64,000 nt of DNA from an uncultured delta proteobacterium (GTDB taxonomy: Bacteria; Myxococcota; Myxococcia; Myxococcales; Myxococcaceae), in NCBI GenBank assembly GCA_963713045.1, contig CAVQKE010000004.1, forward strand, positions 1,120,001 through 1,184,000, given 5' to 3'. Position 1 is the stretch's first letter. The number at the start of each line of letters is the position of its first letter. The translations under genes and the position numbers were made by a program. Below the pieces are notes generated by a model. That model saw only the letters and a program-made list of their open reading frames with translations, did no database searches and had not been told where the DNA came from. Positions 17,047-26,656 of this stretch are shown here, one piece after another.

Positions 17047-20028
17047 CTAGCCGCCCGTCACTTGAACCACCGCCTCGCCGTAGACCCCCGGGTACTGAAC
17101 GCTCGTGGCGCGGATGTGGTACGTCCCGAGCGTCGGCGGAGAGGTGTATAGCCCCGTGCTGTCGATGCTGCCGCCGGCCGCGCCCTCGTCGACGCTCCAC
17201 GTTACCCCTCCTGTGGCCGGCGGCTCCGTCGTTGCCGTGAACTGCGTCTTCGTGTTGGTCGGAAAGTTGTTGATGGTGGCCGGATTCACCGTGATGCTGT
17301 TGGCCACCACTTGGATCGTGAAGAGCGTCGTGTTGGTGAGCCCTCCGTCTGGCGATGTGGCGGTGACAATCACGTTGACGGGCGCAGCCGGCACCGCCTC
17401 GACGTTTGCGGATGCGTTGAGATACGTCGGCATATATTCCACCCCCTGGGTGAGGTACACCAACCCCGGGGGGTTGGGGCTGAGGGTGACTAGGCTTGGA
17501 CCGACCAGCGTCCCGCCAGGGCCGGTGCCGGCGAGTGTCACATTGCCAGTGAGCGTGGCAGGTCCTCCGACAGAAATGGTGAACGAGGTACCGTACCCCG
17601 GCACGACCTGCACTGATGACGGGCTCACCGTCACGCAGAGTCCGGTGCAGGGTCCGGCGTCCGCCGCCGCCGCATTCACGGTGATGGTTATGGTGGCGCT
17701 AGCGCTCCCGGCCGAGTTCGTTCCGGTTACAGTGAATACGGCCACCGCTGTCACCGTCGTCGGCGTTCCGGAAATGATGCCGGTTGTGGAATCGAGCTGC
17801 AGACCCGCCGGAAGGGGTGGTGACACCACGTAGCTGGTGGGCGTTCCGCCGCTGAAGGTTGGTAGGTTCGGCGTAATCTGCGTTCCTTCCACGTATACAG
17901 CCGGCGTCATGTAGGCAAGGTTGAACGGGGCTGCTACCGTGGCACCGGCATCCCTCGGTTCGACCCGCAGCGAAGCGGCGCGGTTGTTGAACTCGTCTAC
18001 CAAATAGACGTCTCCGACGGTGGGCGCGGAGACGAGGCGCGCAGAAGCGGTGCTTGTGACACGCGGGTACAAGTAGAGCCACAACGGCTGAAGGCCCGGT
18101 CCAAACGCCATCACGCCGACGCCGAGCGGTGCACCCGAGAGCAAGATGGCAAAGCTTCCGTCGGCACCGGCGTAGACGCTGCGGGCGACCACCGACAGCT
18201 CCGTCGCGTCTGCTGAGTCGTAGAGACCGGCAACCGGCGCGATGACGTCAGGCACGTCCGTTGCGGTTGGGTTCATCGACCACAGCTCGAAGTCGGTGTA
18301 GGGCGGGTTGTTGCTCAGCGTGACGATTCGGCCGTCCGCCAGGACGCCCACCACCTCAAGCTGCACCGTCCTGGGCGTCCCCAGTGGCGCGGTGTACGCC
18401 CCGAGAATCGCGCTCGCTCCATTGGCAGGCCCGGGTCCGACGCGAAGAATGGGGTACTCCGGCGGCAAAGCCGCAGTCACTCCGCAACTCGACTGGAGCT
18501 GGACGACAAACGTCCCGTCCCCGACGGCCAGAAGACGGATAATGCTCTGAATAAAACAGCCCCTCGCCGTTCCATTGGGGTCCTGGTAGGGACCAAAACT
18601 GAAGGTTCCGTCGGTGAGGTTTGCGAAATTCCAACTGCTAATGCTCGAGTCGCAGGAGTTGACGCCGACGTTCGGGGACAGGTAGCCGCCACCGGCTCCT
18701 GCGACGACGCCCGCATCCGGCGGCCCACTTCCGTTCGGAGTCGTTCCTGACGCGGTGACTACCATCAGTTGCGGGGTGAGGCAGGTGAGAGAGTCAGTCC
18801 CGGGGAAAGAACAGGCGGCCACCGTGTCCTGCAAGCACAGGAGGTCCGGGCCACCGTCCGCTGCGGTCACGGCCGTTAGTGGCGGGCCTACCAGAGGACC
18901 GGTCAACGTCCCAGTGACAACGGGTCCGGTGGCGGGTGGCGGAGGGGCAAGCAACAGGCTCGAGCCATTCCCGGTGAAGTCAAAAAACAGGGTTTGGCCC
19001 TCTGCATTGAGGCCTCGCGCTACGTACCCGCCGTCCAGGCCTCCCGGCAGAGTCACCACCACATCAAAGCCATAGAAGGTGCCGTCGGCGAAGGCTAGGA
19101 CTCCGGGAATCCAGTTTGCGCCAGCTCCTCCGGCCGAGGTGATAGCGAGCGGTAACACCAACCCGCCGCTGAAAGCGACGGGCTCCGCTGCCCAGGTCAC
19201 TGGGCCGCTCGAGGCGGGTTGCCCGGGAATGTAACGGTCCCACACCAGGCGCGAGAGGTCCACGCTGACGTCGACAACGGTTGTGTTTCCGTCGAGCCCG
19301 GTGGCGTCGACCGTCAGGCGCACCACTTCGTCGGTATCCGTGAGCACCTCAATGGGGATAGGTGTGCCCCCGTCGTAGTTGTCTATTCCCAGGCCCGCGG
19401 TACTGCGGAAAAAGGCGATGTACGTTCCGCCGTCTGCGTTCGGGACCGAGACGACGCTGTCAGCCGCCGCGCCGGCCAACGAAACCACCGGAAGGGAACC
19501 TAGCGGCTCATTGGAATTGACGACCACCGTGAAGGGAGACTTCGGTTGAGCGCTCGGCGGGTACGTGACCGCAATGACAGGACCCGTGGCATCGAGCCAG
19601 ACCTGAAAGTCGTCCTCACTGCCGGCGTCCGCGCTGCTCACCGCGATAATGCTGAGTTGAAGCAGTGAAACGGGGCCACCGTCGGGATTGGGCGTCGTCA
19701 AGCCCTCGCAGATAGAGAGGTCCACCAAAGCGACATAGGGCGCAGACGGCCACACGTACACGGGCCGTGCTCCCCCGTCGAGTGGCCCGCACAGCAGGGA
19801 GACGCTGTTCACGCCATCCACCGAATCCGCCTGCACCGCTACTTCGGCGGTGAGGGTGACCGTGTCCCCCTGCTTCGGTGCAAGCACGTTGAGCGCTGGA
19901 GGCGGGGGGTTGGGTGGAACGGTGGGGATGCTCAAATCGAAACACCCCACCCCGCCCAGAAACGACAGCAGCCCCAACAGTATGTTGAGGCGCCAGGCCC
20001 CCCCCTTCGGTCGACTGCACACCGGCAT
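17047..20028 (-). CDS. Large lipoprotein with C-terminal Ig-like domains
   Basis: Lipobox GVGC after a hydrophobic leader. Putative Ig motif PPLPAGLQLDSTTGIISGTPT. Thr/Pro/Gly-rich beta composition. Confidence 0.8.
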   Translation of the reverse strand: MPVCSRPKGGAWRLNILLGLLSFLGGVGCFDLSIPTVPPNPPPPALNVLAPKQGDTVTLTAEVAVQADSVDGVNSVSLLCGPLDGGARPVYVWPSAPYVALVDLSICEGLTTPNPDGGPVSLLQLSIIAVSSADAGSEDDFQVWLDATGPVIAVTYPPSAQPKSPFTVVVNSNEPLGSLPVVSLAGAAADSVVSVPNADGGTYIAFFRSTAGLGIDNYDGGTPIPIEVLTDTDEVVRLTVDATGLDGNTTVVDVSVDLSRLVWDRYIPGQPASSGPVTWAAEPVAFSGGLVLPLAITSAGGAGANWIPGVLAFADGTFYGFDVVVTLPGGLDGGYVARGLNAEGQTLFFDFTGNGSSLLLAPPPPATGPVVTGTLTGPLVGPPLTAVTAADGGPDLLCLQDTVAACSFPGTDSLTCLTPQLMVVTASGTTPNGSGPPDAGVVAGAGGGYLSPNVGVNSCDSSISSWNFANLTDGTFSFGPYQDPNGTARGCFIQSIIRLLAVGDGTFVVQLQSSCGVTAALPPEYPILRVGPGPANGASAILGAYTAPLGTPRTVQLEVVGVLADGRIVTLSNNPPYTDFELWSMNPTATDVPDVIAPVAGLYDSADATELSVVARSVYAGADGSFAILLSGAPLGVGVMAFGPGLQPLWLYLYPRVTSTASARLVSAPTVGDVYLVDEFNNRAASLRVEPRDAGATVAAPFNLAYMTPAVYVEGTQITPNLPTFSGGTPTSYVVSPPLPAGLQLDSTTGIISGTPTTVTAVAVFTVTGTNSAGSASATITITVNAAAADAGPCTGLCVTVSPSSVQVVPGYGTSFTISVGGPATLTGNVTLAGTGPGGTLVGPSLVTLSPNPPGLVYLTQGVEYMPTYLNASANVEAVPAAPVNVIVTATSPDGGLTNTTLFTIQVVANSITVNPATINNFPTNTKTQFTATTEPPATGGVTWSVDEGAAGGSIDSTGLYTSPPTLGTYHIRATSVQYPGVYGEAVVQVTGG

Positions 20029-20311
20029 GCCCGCCCCCTCCCGACGCGTGGGGAGGCTACCTCCAAAGTCGGCGCGAGGTCCCGAGAAAGCCTGCCTCGC
20101 TGGCCGGCCCGGGTGGGTGGCCGCGGACACGGACCCGCGGTGGCAACCTGGAACGGCCGTCCTCGGTCCGAGTCAGCCGGTTGGAAGCCGCGTTGGCGAC
20201 GTGGCTGCAGCGTCGAGCGGCGATTACAGTGCAAGCCGGCGAAGACGCCTCGTCATCCTCTGCAGCGTGGCCACCAACAAGCCACCTGCGCGCAGCGGGC
20301 TTGGAACCCTC

Positions 20312-21271
20312 ATGGACGTCGCAATTCTCGGAGCGGGAGGGGTTGGGTCCTATTACGGCGGCATGCTGGCCAAAGCCGGCCATTCGGTACGTTTCTGGGC
20401 CCGAGGGACGAATCTCGACGCGCTGCGCCGCAGAGGCCTGGACGTCAGGACACCGGAGGGAACCTTCACGGTTGCTGTCACGGCAACCGATGTGGCTGCA
20501 GACCTTGGCGCCGTGGAACTCGCCATCGTCGCGGTGAAAAGCTACTCCTTGCCGATGGTCGGTCCGGCGGCGCAGCTGGTCGCATCGCGCGGCGCGACCG
20601 TGCTTCCGTTGCTCAATGGTGTAGACGCAGCAGAACGCCTCATCTCGTTGGGTGTCCCTCGTCAAGCGCTTGTCGGCGGCTTGACGTTCATCAGCGCCGA
20701 ACGGCTCGCCCCCGGGGTTGTGGAGCGCAAGAGCTCCTTCCAAAGCATTGTCCTCGGCGAACTGGGCGGCGGGGTAAGCACCAGGACGTCGTCCATTGTG
20801 GCCGCGCTGCGCAGCGCCTCGGTGGACGCCAGCGATACGCCACAGGTGGACGTCGAGCTTTGGCAGAAATTCGTCTTCATCGCGTCCCTCGCAACTTTAT
20901 GCGGGCTCGCGCGGACACCCATCGGACCGGTCCGCTCGGCACCCCAAGGTGGCAACTTCATCGCGGCTGCGGTCAGCGAAGCCGTTGCGGTGGGACGAGC
21001 ATGCGGCGTTCCGCTCCCAGCGGACCAGTCAACTCGGACCGTCGCGATGATTCAGGCGCTTCCTCCGCAAATGCGACCGAGCTTTCTCGCGGACCTCGAG
21101 CACGGTGGCCCGACTGAGTTGGAGGCGCTGATGGGGGCGGTGGCCCGCATGGGCCAAGAGGCGGGCGTTCCAACGCCCGTCCACTCGGCCGCCACCGCAG
21201 CCCTTTCGGCGACGCTCGCCGGCAGTCCCCACGCCACAGAGCCGGGGAATACGGGACGCGGACAACTCTAG
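20312..21271 (+). CDS. panE: 2-dehydropantoate 2-reductase (ketopantoate reductase family)
   Basis: VAILGAGGVG, VAVKSY, LLNGV, LWQKFVFI and PSFLADLEHGGPTELE. Confidence 0.9.
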   Translation: MDVAILGAGGVGSYYGGMLAKAGHSVRFWARGTNLDALRRRGLDVRTPEGTFTVAVTATDVAADLGAVELAIVAVKSYSLPMVGPAAQLVASRGATVLPLLNGVDAAERLISLGVPRQALVGGLTFISAERLAPGVVERKSSFQSIVLGELGGGVSTRTSSIVAALRSASVDASDTPQVDVELWQKFVFIASLATLCGLARTPIGPVRSAPQGGNFIAAAVSEAVAVGRACGVPLPADQSTRTVAMIQALPPQMRPSFLADLEHGGPTELEALMGAVARMGQEAGVPTPVHSAATAALSATLAGSPHATEPGNTGRGQL

Positions 21272-21406
21272 CAGCCTTGGTCAGCCCCGCCTGTGGCCGA
21301 GGGTGTCTCGCTATGCCAAGACGCGGGAAGCACAGTGACTATGGATGGGACTGCAACGTTCTTTCGGACGTGTGTCCGTCAATAGAGAAAGTGAGGCCTC
21401 CCCCCA

Positions 21407-21802
21407 GTGTCTCCCGACCGCCCCCTTCCGCTTGTAGGCGCGCTGGCCGTCGCAGCGCTTCTTTGCAATTGCGGGTCCTCCTCGCCCGCGGCCAACGCCA
21501 ACACCATCACCATCGCCAACTACCTCTACAGTCCGAGCAACCTCTCGGTAAAAGCCGGCGCTACGGTCACCGTGGTCAATGACGACGGGACGCAGCATTC
21601 AGTCACCAGCCAGACCGCCTTTGGGGACTTCGTTCTGGGAGCGGTCAGCGGCGTTCAGTTCGACACGACGCCCTTCACCAATACAACGACTTTCAGCATC
21701 TCTGCCTCAGCCCCGGCCGGAACCGTCGTCCCCTATTTTTGCACCGTGCACAAAGGGACGATGGGAATGGGGCAAGGTCAAATCACCATCGCTGCGCCCT
21801 GA
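21407..21802 (+). CDS. Cupredoxin (plastocyanin/azurin-like) lipoprotein
   Basis: Lipoprotein leader, YSPSNLSVKAGATVT, and type 1 copper ligands H(SVT) and CTVHKGTM. Confidence 0.82.
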   Translation: MSPDRPLPLVGALAVAALLCNCGSSSPAANANTITIANYLYSPSNLSVKAGATVTVVNDDGTQHSVTSQTAFGDFVLGAVSGVQFDTTPFTNTTTFSISASAPAGTVVPYFCTVHKGTMGMGQGQITIAAP

Positions 21803-22063
21803 CCGAAGCGAGAGTCCTGTCGCGGTGATTGTCGCAGTCGCTGCCAGTGTTGCTGTCGCGGAAGAAGGTGTGCAGACCTTTCCGAAACGAGACCAACCGC
21901 TGGGTAGGCCCCATCCGCTAAAGGCTCACCGTCCCTTTTCTCCGATGCAGCCTTGGCGCCTAGCTCGGACTAACTTTTTTGCTCAAGTCTCGGCCTCCCA
22001 CTGGGCCTTGACTCCATCATCTATTTGAGACCAGTATAGGACTCAGTCGAGGGGGAACCATTG

Positions 22064-24830
22064 ATGCCAGAGGGGCCGTCCAAGAAGCTCCTCCGAACCG
22101 CCGCTGTCGTCGTCGCGGGGGTACTGGCGGCGCACTGCGGCGGTGGCGAGCCGCCGCTGCATGTCATTCCGAACAACTCCGACGCCGGTTTCGGCATTTC
22201 GGGCTACGCGGTCAAGGGTCCCATCTCCGGCGGCACCGTCACCGCCTATCAGCTGCTGCCGGACATGACGCGAGGCGAGCAACTCGCGACGACAACCACG
22301 GACGACAGCGGCTTCTTCGGCTTGTCGCTGCCTGCCTTCAGCGGCGACGTGCTCCTGGTCGTGAACGGCGGAAGTTATGTGGAAGAGGCGCTCAACGACG
22401 TTGGCGACGGCGGCCCAAGCCCGTTCGTCACCGTCAACGTCGACTACGTCGGCCTCGTCATCGGCTACCAAGCCGGCCAGCCCGCGACAGCCAACGTCAC
22501 GCCCATCTCCCACTTGGCGTACGCGCTGGCGACGTACCACGTCCAAAGCCTGGGCGAGCCCGTCGACAAGGCCGTCGCCGCAGCATTCATCCATCTTGGC
22601 GCGCACTTCGGCAACATTCCTGGCGTTTCGACGGACCTCGACTGGCTCACGGTTGTCCCGAGCGGCCTCGGCGTCGGAGACGGAGCGCAATTGACCGCCC
22701 CACAGCGAGCCGGGCTGGTGCTAGCCGGGCTTTCGCAGCTCGCCGCCAGCATCTCAAGCCGCGCCGGAATCTCTCCTGGAGGAGAAGCCAACGCGCTCTC
22801 GCTCCTTACGACTCTCTCAGAGGATGTCGGGGCCGACGGCTTTTTCGACGGTTTGGGGACGGGAGGCCGTCAACTGGTGCTGCCCGCCGCTGACGCTTTG
22901 AGCGTTAGCGGACCCACGGCGACTGCCCTCGACGGTTCGACCGTCCGAAGCGCGCTCGCCTCGGGCATCGCCAACTTTGTCGCCTCCAGCAGCAACGTGA
23001 GCACCATCACCATCCCCGACACTACGGGCATCACCGGCGCCTTGAGCGCGGATTCGGACCCGTACCTCTTTAAAACGCCTGGGACTCCCTTCGACGTGAC
23101 GCCGCCCCTGCTGACGGTTGTCTCAGCACCGCCCCCCTATACCAACCAAGTCAGCGTGAGCTTCACTGTCCAGGCGGATGTCGGCGCGAACGCGGCTGGG
23201 GTCAAAGTCGTGGTGGTGAGGACTGGCGACGGCACACTGCTCAATGGAGTCAACACGAGCGGCAATCTCTGGACCTTCTCTGACGTTTTGACGGGCGGCG
23301 CCAACCCATACTTCGACGTTTGGGGCGTCGACAACGCGAACAACTCAGGCGAGGAGTTTCCAGTAGGCCCCTACCACCTTCGTTTGCCGTGCCTCCAGGA
23401 CGTCGGCGCCACCCGCCATCGTTCAAGATTTCAGCGTCCCCAGTTACCTCGACGAACGCGCCATGCAACTGGTGAGCAGTGCCACTCCACCGCAATTCAC
23501 CTGGCCTGCGAGTCTACCGGTTGCTGTTGGACCAGGACCCGAGGCGGCCATCTGGAAGTCGTCCCGGACTCTTTCCTGGGGCACAGCCCAGCCAACGGGC
23601 GCCAGTCTCGAGAGTTCCAATTCCACCAATGTGCCTTATATCCAGGTGGGCATCCCATACGACGCGAGTACCGACGCACCCATCGCCTCGGTCACCTTCG
23701 CCATCGTTGTGCAGGGCGGGACGACGTCGACAGGTCCTCTCATTCCGGCCCAAAAGATGCCTCCAGGGACAGCTTATTACGACCTACCCTTCGCGGTGGA
23801 GACAATCCCCGGGCTCGCTTACGCCTCCATGAGTCCTGTGGGGTTCCAAGTCTCGGTCACCGCAACGGACGCCGCTGGCAATTCCACGACCAACCAACTC
23901 GAAACTTCGACGTCCAACTCGTTCCTCTTTCACATCATTGGTCCTCCCCTCTATGTGGAGCAGGACGTCAGCTACCCAAACGAAGGTGACGTGAAGTCCA
24001 TCTATCCCTTCGCGCTGGCCAACGGCACTTATCCGAACAAATTCATCGGTGACAATGGCGGTGAAATCGCACGGCAGGCGCGACTCGTCGTCTACAACCC
24101 TTACAGCGTCGACGTCCCGTTTACTTCGGCCGTGCCGACTTATGCCGCGACCGGAGCAGAAGAATGGGACGACTCCGCCTGGTCGCTCGGAAGCGTCGTC
24201 TGGGACGTGACGTCCCTGTGTGGCCCAGGGCCGCCCTGCCCGTACAACGGGCCTCAGCCTCAGCCATTTGTGACCAGCCCTGGCAGCCTCAACTACGCCT
24301 GCGAGGCCGCGAATAATCCCCACAGTCACAGCAACCCCTCCAGCACCGTCTTCACCAGCGCCATGGGAGAGACATCCGCATGGCAGTTTGGCGCAGAGAG
24401 CGACCCGGCAGCGGGCTATGGCGACCGCATCCTCGTACCAGCCGCGCAGGCCGGAGCAGCAGGCGCTGTCGTCGTCTTCGTCGGCCGGCCTTGGAGTTCC
24501 TTCGGCCTCCCTCCATACACTTTCAGCACCTGTTCGAACCCGGATGGCGTGTCTCGCTTCTACCGGTACCTACAAGACGTCTGGGAGCTCGGCGCGAGTC
24601 AGGGGATCACCACGTGCAACTGCATCCTACGACCTCCCGCTCCCCCCCTCTGTGAGCACGGAATGCCGTACGACTACCCAGAGGTTCGGTGGACCAACGT
24701 CCTGAGCGCCGCAAGCGAGTCGTTTTCGGGCAGCTGGGCCTACGAGAGTTATGCCGGCCTGACGCCTACTTCGGACCTCGGTGACGGGGCCTTCCGGTCC
24801 ACCGCTGTCACCGGAATTGCGACCTATTGA
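22064..24830 (+). CDS. Large lipoprotein with Ig-like domains and Cys-rich C-terminus; frameshifted near 23405
   Basis: Leader ending AAHC and GYAVKGPISGGTVTAY. Protein-like sequence switches frame at QDV|APPAIVQDF and continues in ORF 23463-24830. Confidence 0.72.
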
Positions 24831-24836
24831 GTAGAC

Positions 24837-25535
24837 GTGCGCCCTTCCCTGCCTCTTCTGGTCGGCTGCAAGCGCACCTCCGTCAAGCCGAGCGCGCTGC
24901 ATCTTTTCTGTAGACGCGGCGGAAGCCTCCTGACTTTTTCGGTGCTCTTGGCCGCGGCGCCGGCGCCTGCAGAACGAGGGGCACTGAGTCTTGACCTCGG
25001 GGCTGGCATCGCCGGGCTCAACCTCGCGGCTCCCTACACCAACGGCGCGGCCAGCGCGGTGGGAGTCGGCTTCGAAGCCATGCTCGGCTTGCGCTATGCC
25101 CTCCTCAACGAGCTTGAGTTCACCGTCGCAGCCTACTTCGAACCGAATGTCGGCTACGTCTATGACGGCGTCAGCGTCACACCACCCCCGAGCCCCAATT
25201 CGCTCCAAGGAACGCTGACCACGACGGTCCACCTTTTTGGCGCGGTCGGCGGCATTCGATATGTGAATGGCCTGGTGTGGAAACTGGTGGCCGGGCTCGA
25301 AGTCGGCTGGTGCCATCGGGCTTACTCGGGACTTCAATTCACCGGGCAGAGCAACTTCGCCATTCCAGGGTTTGGAACGGACAATCTGGTCCTTCAGCCG
25401 CTCCTCGGCGTGGAGTGGGCCTTTGCCGACCATTGGAGCGCTTCCTTGCTCCCGCGCTTCACGTTGCTCATCGGCCCCGACTCGACCGTCGCGGCGTCGG
25501 TTCTGCTGACTCTTTCCTATTCTTGGTTTCTCTAG
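24837..25535 (+). CDS. Outer membrane beta-barrel protein
   Basis: Signal peptide, alternating hydrophobic beta strands, C-terminal LSYSWFL. Confidence 0.7.
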   Translation: MRPSLPLLVGCKRTSVKPSALHLFCRRGGSLLTFSVLLAAAPAPAERGALSLDLGAGIAGLNLAAPYTNGAASAVGVGFEAMLGLRYALLNELEFTVAAYFEPNVGYVYDGVSVTPPPSPNSLQGTLTTTVHLFGAVGGIRYVNGLVWKLVAGLEVGWCHRAYSGLQFTGQSNFAIPGFGTDNLVLQPLLGVEWAFADHWSASLLPRFTLLIGPDSTVAASVLLTLSYSWFL

Positions 25536-25536
25536 T

Positions 25537-26070
25537 TTGACACTTCAGCCGCAACCCAAACGCCTCAACCAGACCATTCTCGCGCTGGCCCTGGTGGCGG
25601 CTGCTCCGGCCACAAGCGCGGAGCGCCGAGTTGACCTGAAGCTGCCGAAAGACTGTCCATCCCACCCGTACGACGGCGAGATTCGAGCCGCGGCTCGTGC
25701 GGTTGCGCCTGTTTGGCCGCTCCCCGTCTCCTTAATTAGGGCCGTGATTCGGCGGGAGAGCGACTTCAAACCGTTGGCCCTCTCACCGGCCGGCGCTGTC
25801 GGTCTGATGCAAGTGATGCCATACAACGCCCGACCTCTCGGGCTCCCGCCGAGCGCTCTCTGGAATCCTGCGGCTAACATCTTGGCAGGAAGCCGGCTTC
25901 TCGCCGTGTTGCTTCGGCACTACCGCGGTGACGTCATCTCAGCCTTGGTCGCCTACAATGCACGTCCGCGGCGGCGCTTGGCTCCGCTCCCCAACAACGG
26001 CGAAACGCCTTCGTATGTGCGCGCCGTCTTGCTCTCGTGGGCGGCATTTGCCCGGTGCGACGACACCTAG
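25537..26070 (+). CDS. Lytic transglycosylase (SLT domain), VirB1 candidate
   Basis: AVIRRESDFKPLALSPAGAVGLMQVMP, ALVAYNA, ETPSYV. Confidence 0.9.
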   Translation: MTLQPQPKRLNQTILALALVAAAPATSAERRVDLKLPKDCPSHPYDGEIRAAARAVAPVWPLPVSLIRAVIRRESDFKPLALSPAGAVGLMQVMPYNARPLGLPPSALWNPAANILAGSRLLAVLLRHYRGDVISALVAYNARPRRRLAPLPNNGETPSYVRAVLLSWAAFARCDDT

Positions 26071-26114
26071 CGCGACGTCGAGGAGGCGAACGCCGTCGGG
26101 TCCAGCCGGCCCAG

Positions 26115-26640
26115 TCAACTACCGGCCGACCTTCGACTGGGCACCACTGGACCCCAGCGCGGCCTCAGGGGCGAGCTAGCAGGCCACGCTGCAAACCGCG
26201 CCCCGCACGGCGTTTGCTGGCACGAGTTTCCCTGGTGCGCCTCGATGAAGGCTGCCTGGTCGGCCGTTGGTGGGAGCAGGTACAGCGGCGCTCCAACCGA
26301 ATCCGTCGGGTTGGTCAGCGTCACGCCGGCTGCTGCCGAGAGGTTGGCGGTGTACGCAAACGAATTGTTGTGCCAGGTCGCACCGGTTGCGTCGGGAACG
26401 CCGCTCACTGTGTCGCCAAAAGTCCACACTGAGCGACCCCACAGAAGGCCGCTTCCAGCCCCGTCTCGCCCGATGATGAGCGTCGGCTGCGAAATGGTTC
26501 CGGTCTCTCGTGCCTCCAGGACAACCAGGGCGGGGGGGTTGCCGCAGGCCAGAAAGCAGAGGAAAGCGGCGAAGAGGTACGGGGAGCGTTCGGTCAAACC
26601 GCCGAGTGTTGAAATTCTTTTCAATCGGATGAGCCCCGTA
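26115..26640 (-). pseudogene. Probable truncated lipoprotein (N-terminal part of a DUF4185-like beta-propeller)
   Basis: Lipobox FLAC and IIGRDGAGS...SVWTFGDT motif. Sequence degrades after CGARFAAWP. Start position is uncertain. Confidence 0.4.
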
Positions 26641-26656
26641 TTCGGTTGAGGGCTCC

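Noticed and set aside
23395..23415. Programmed ribosomal frameshift in the large lipoprotein
   Set aside because: No slippery heptamer, and similar single indels occur in unrelated housekeeping genes, which favours sequencing error.
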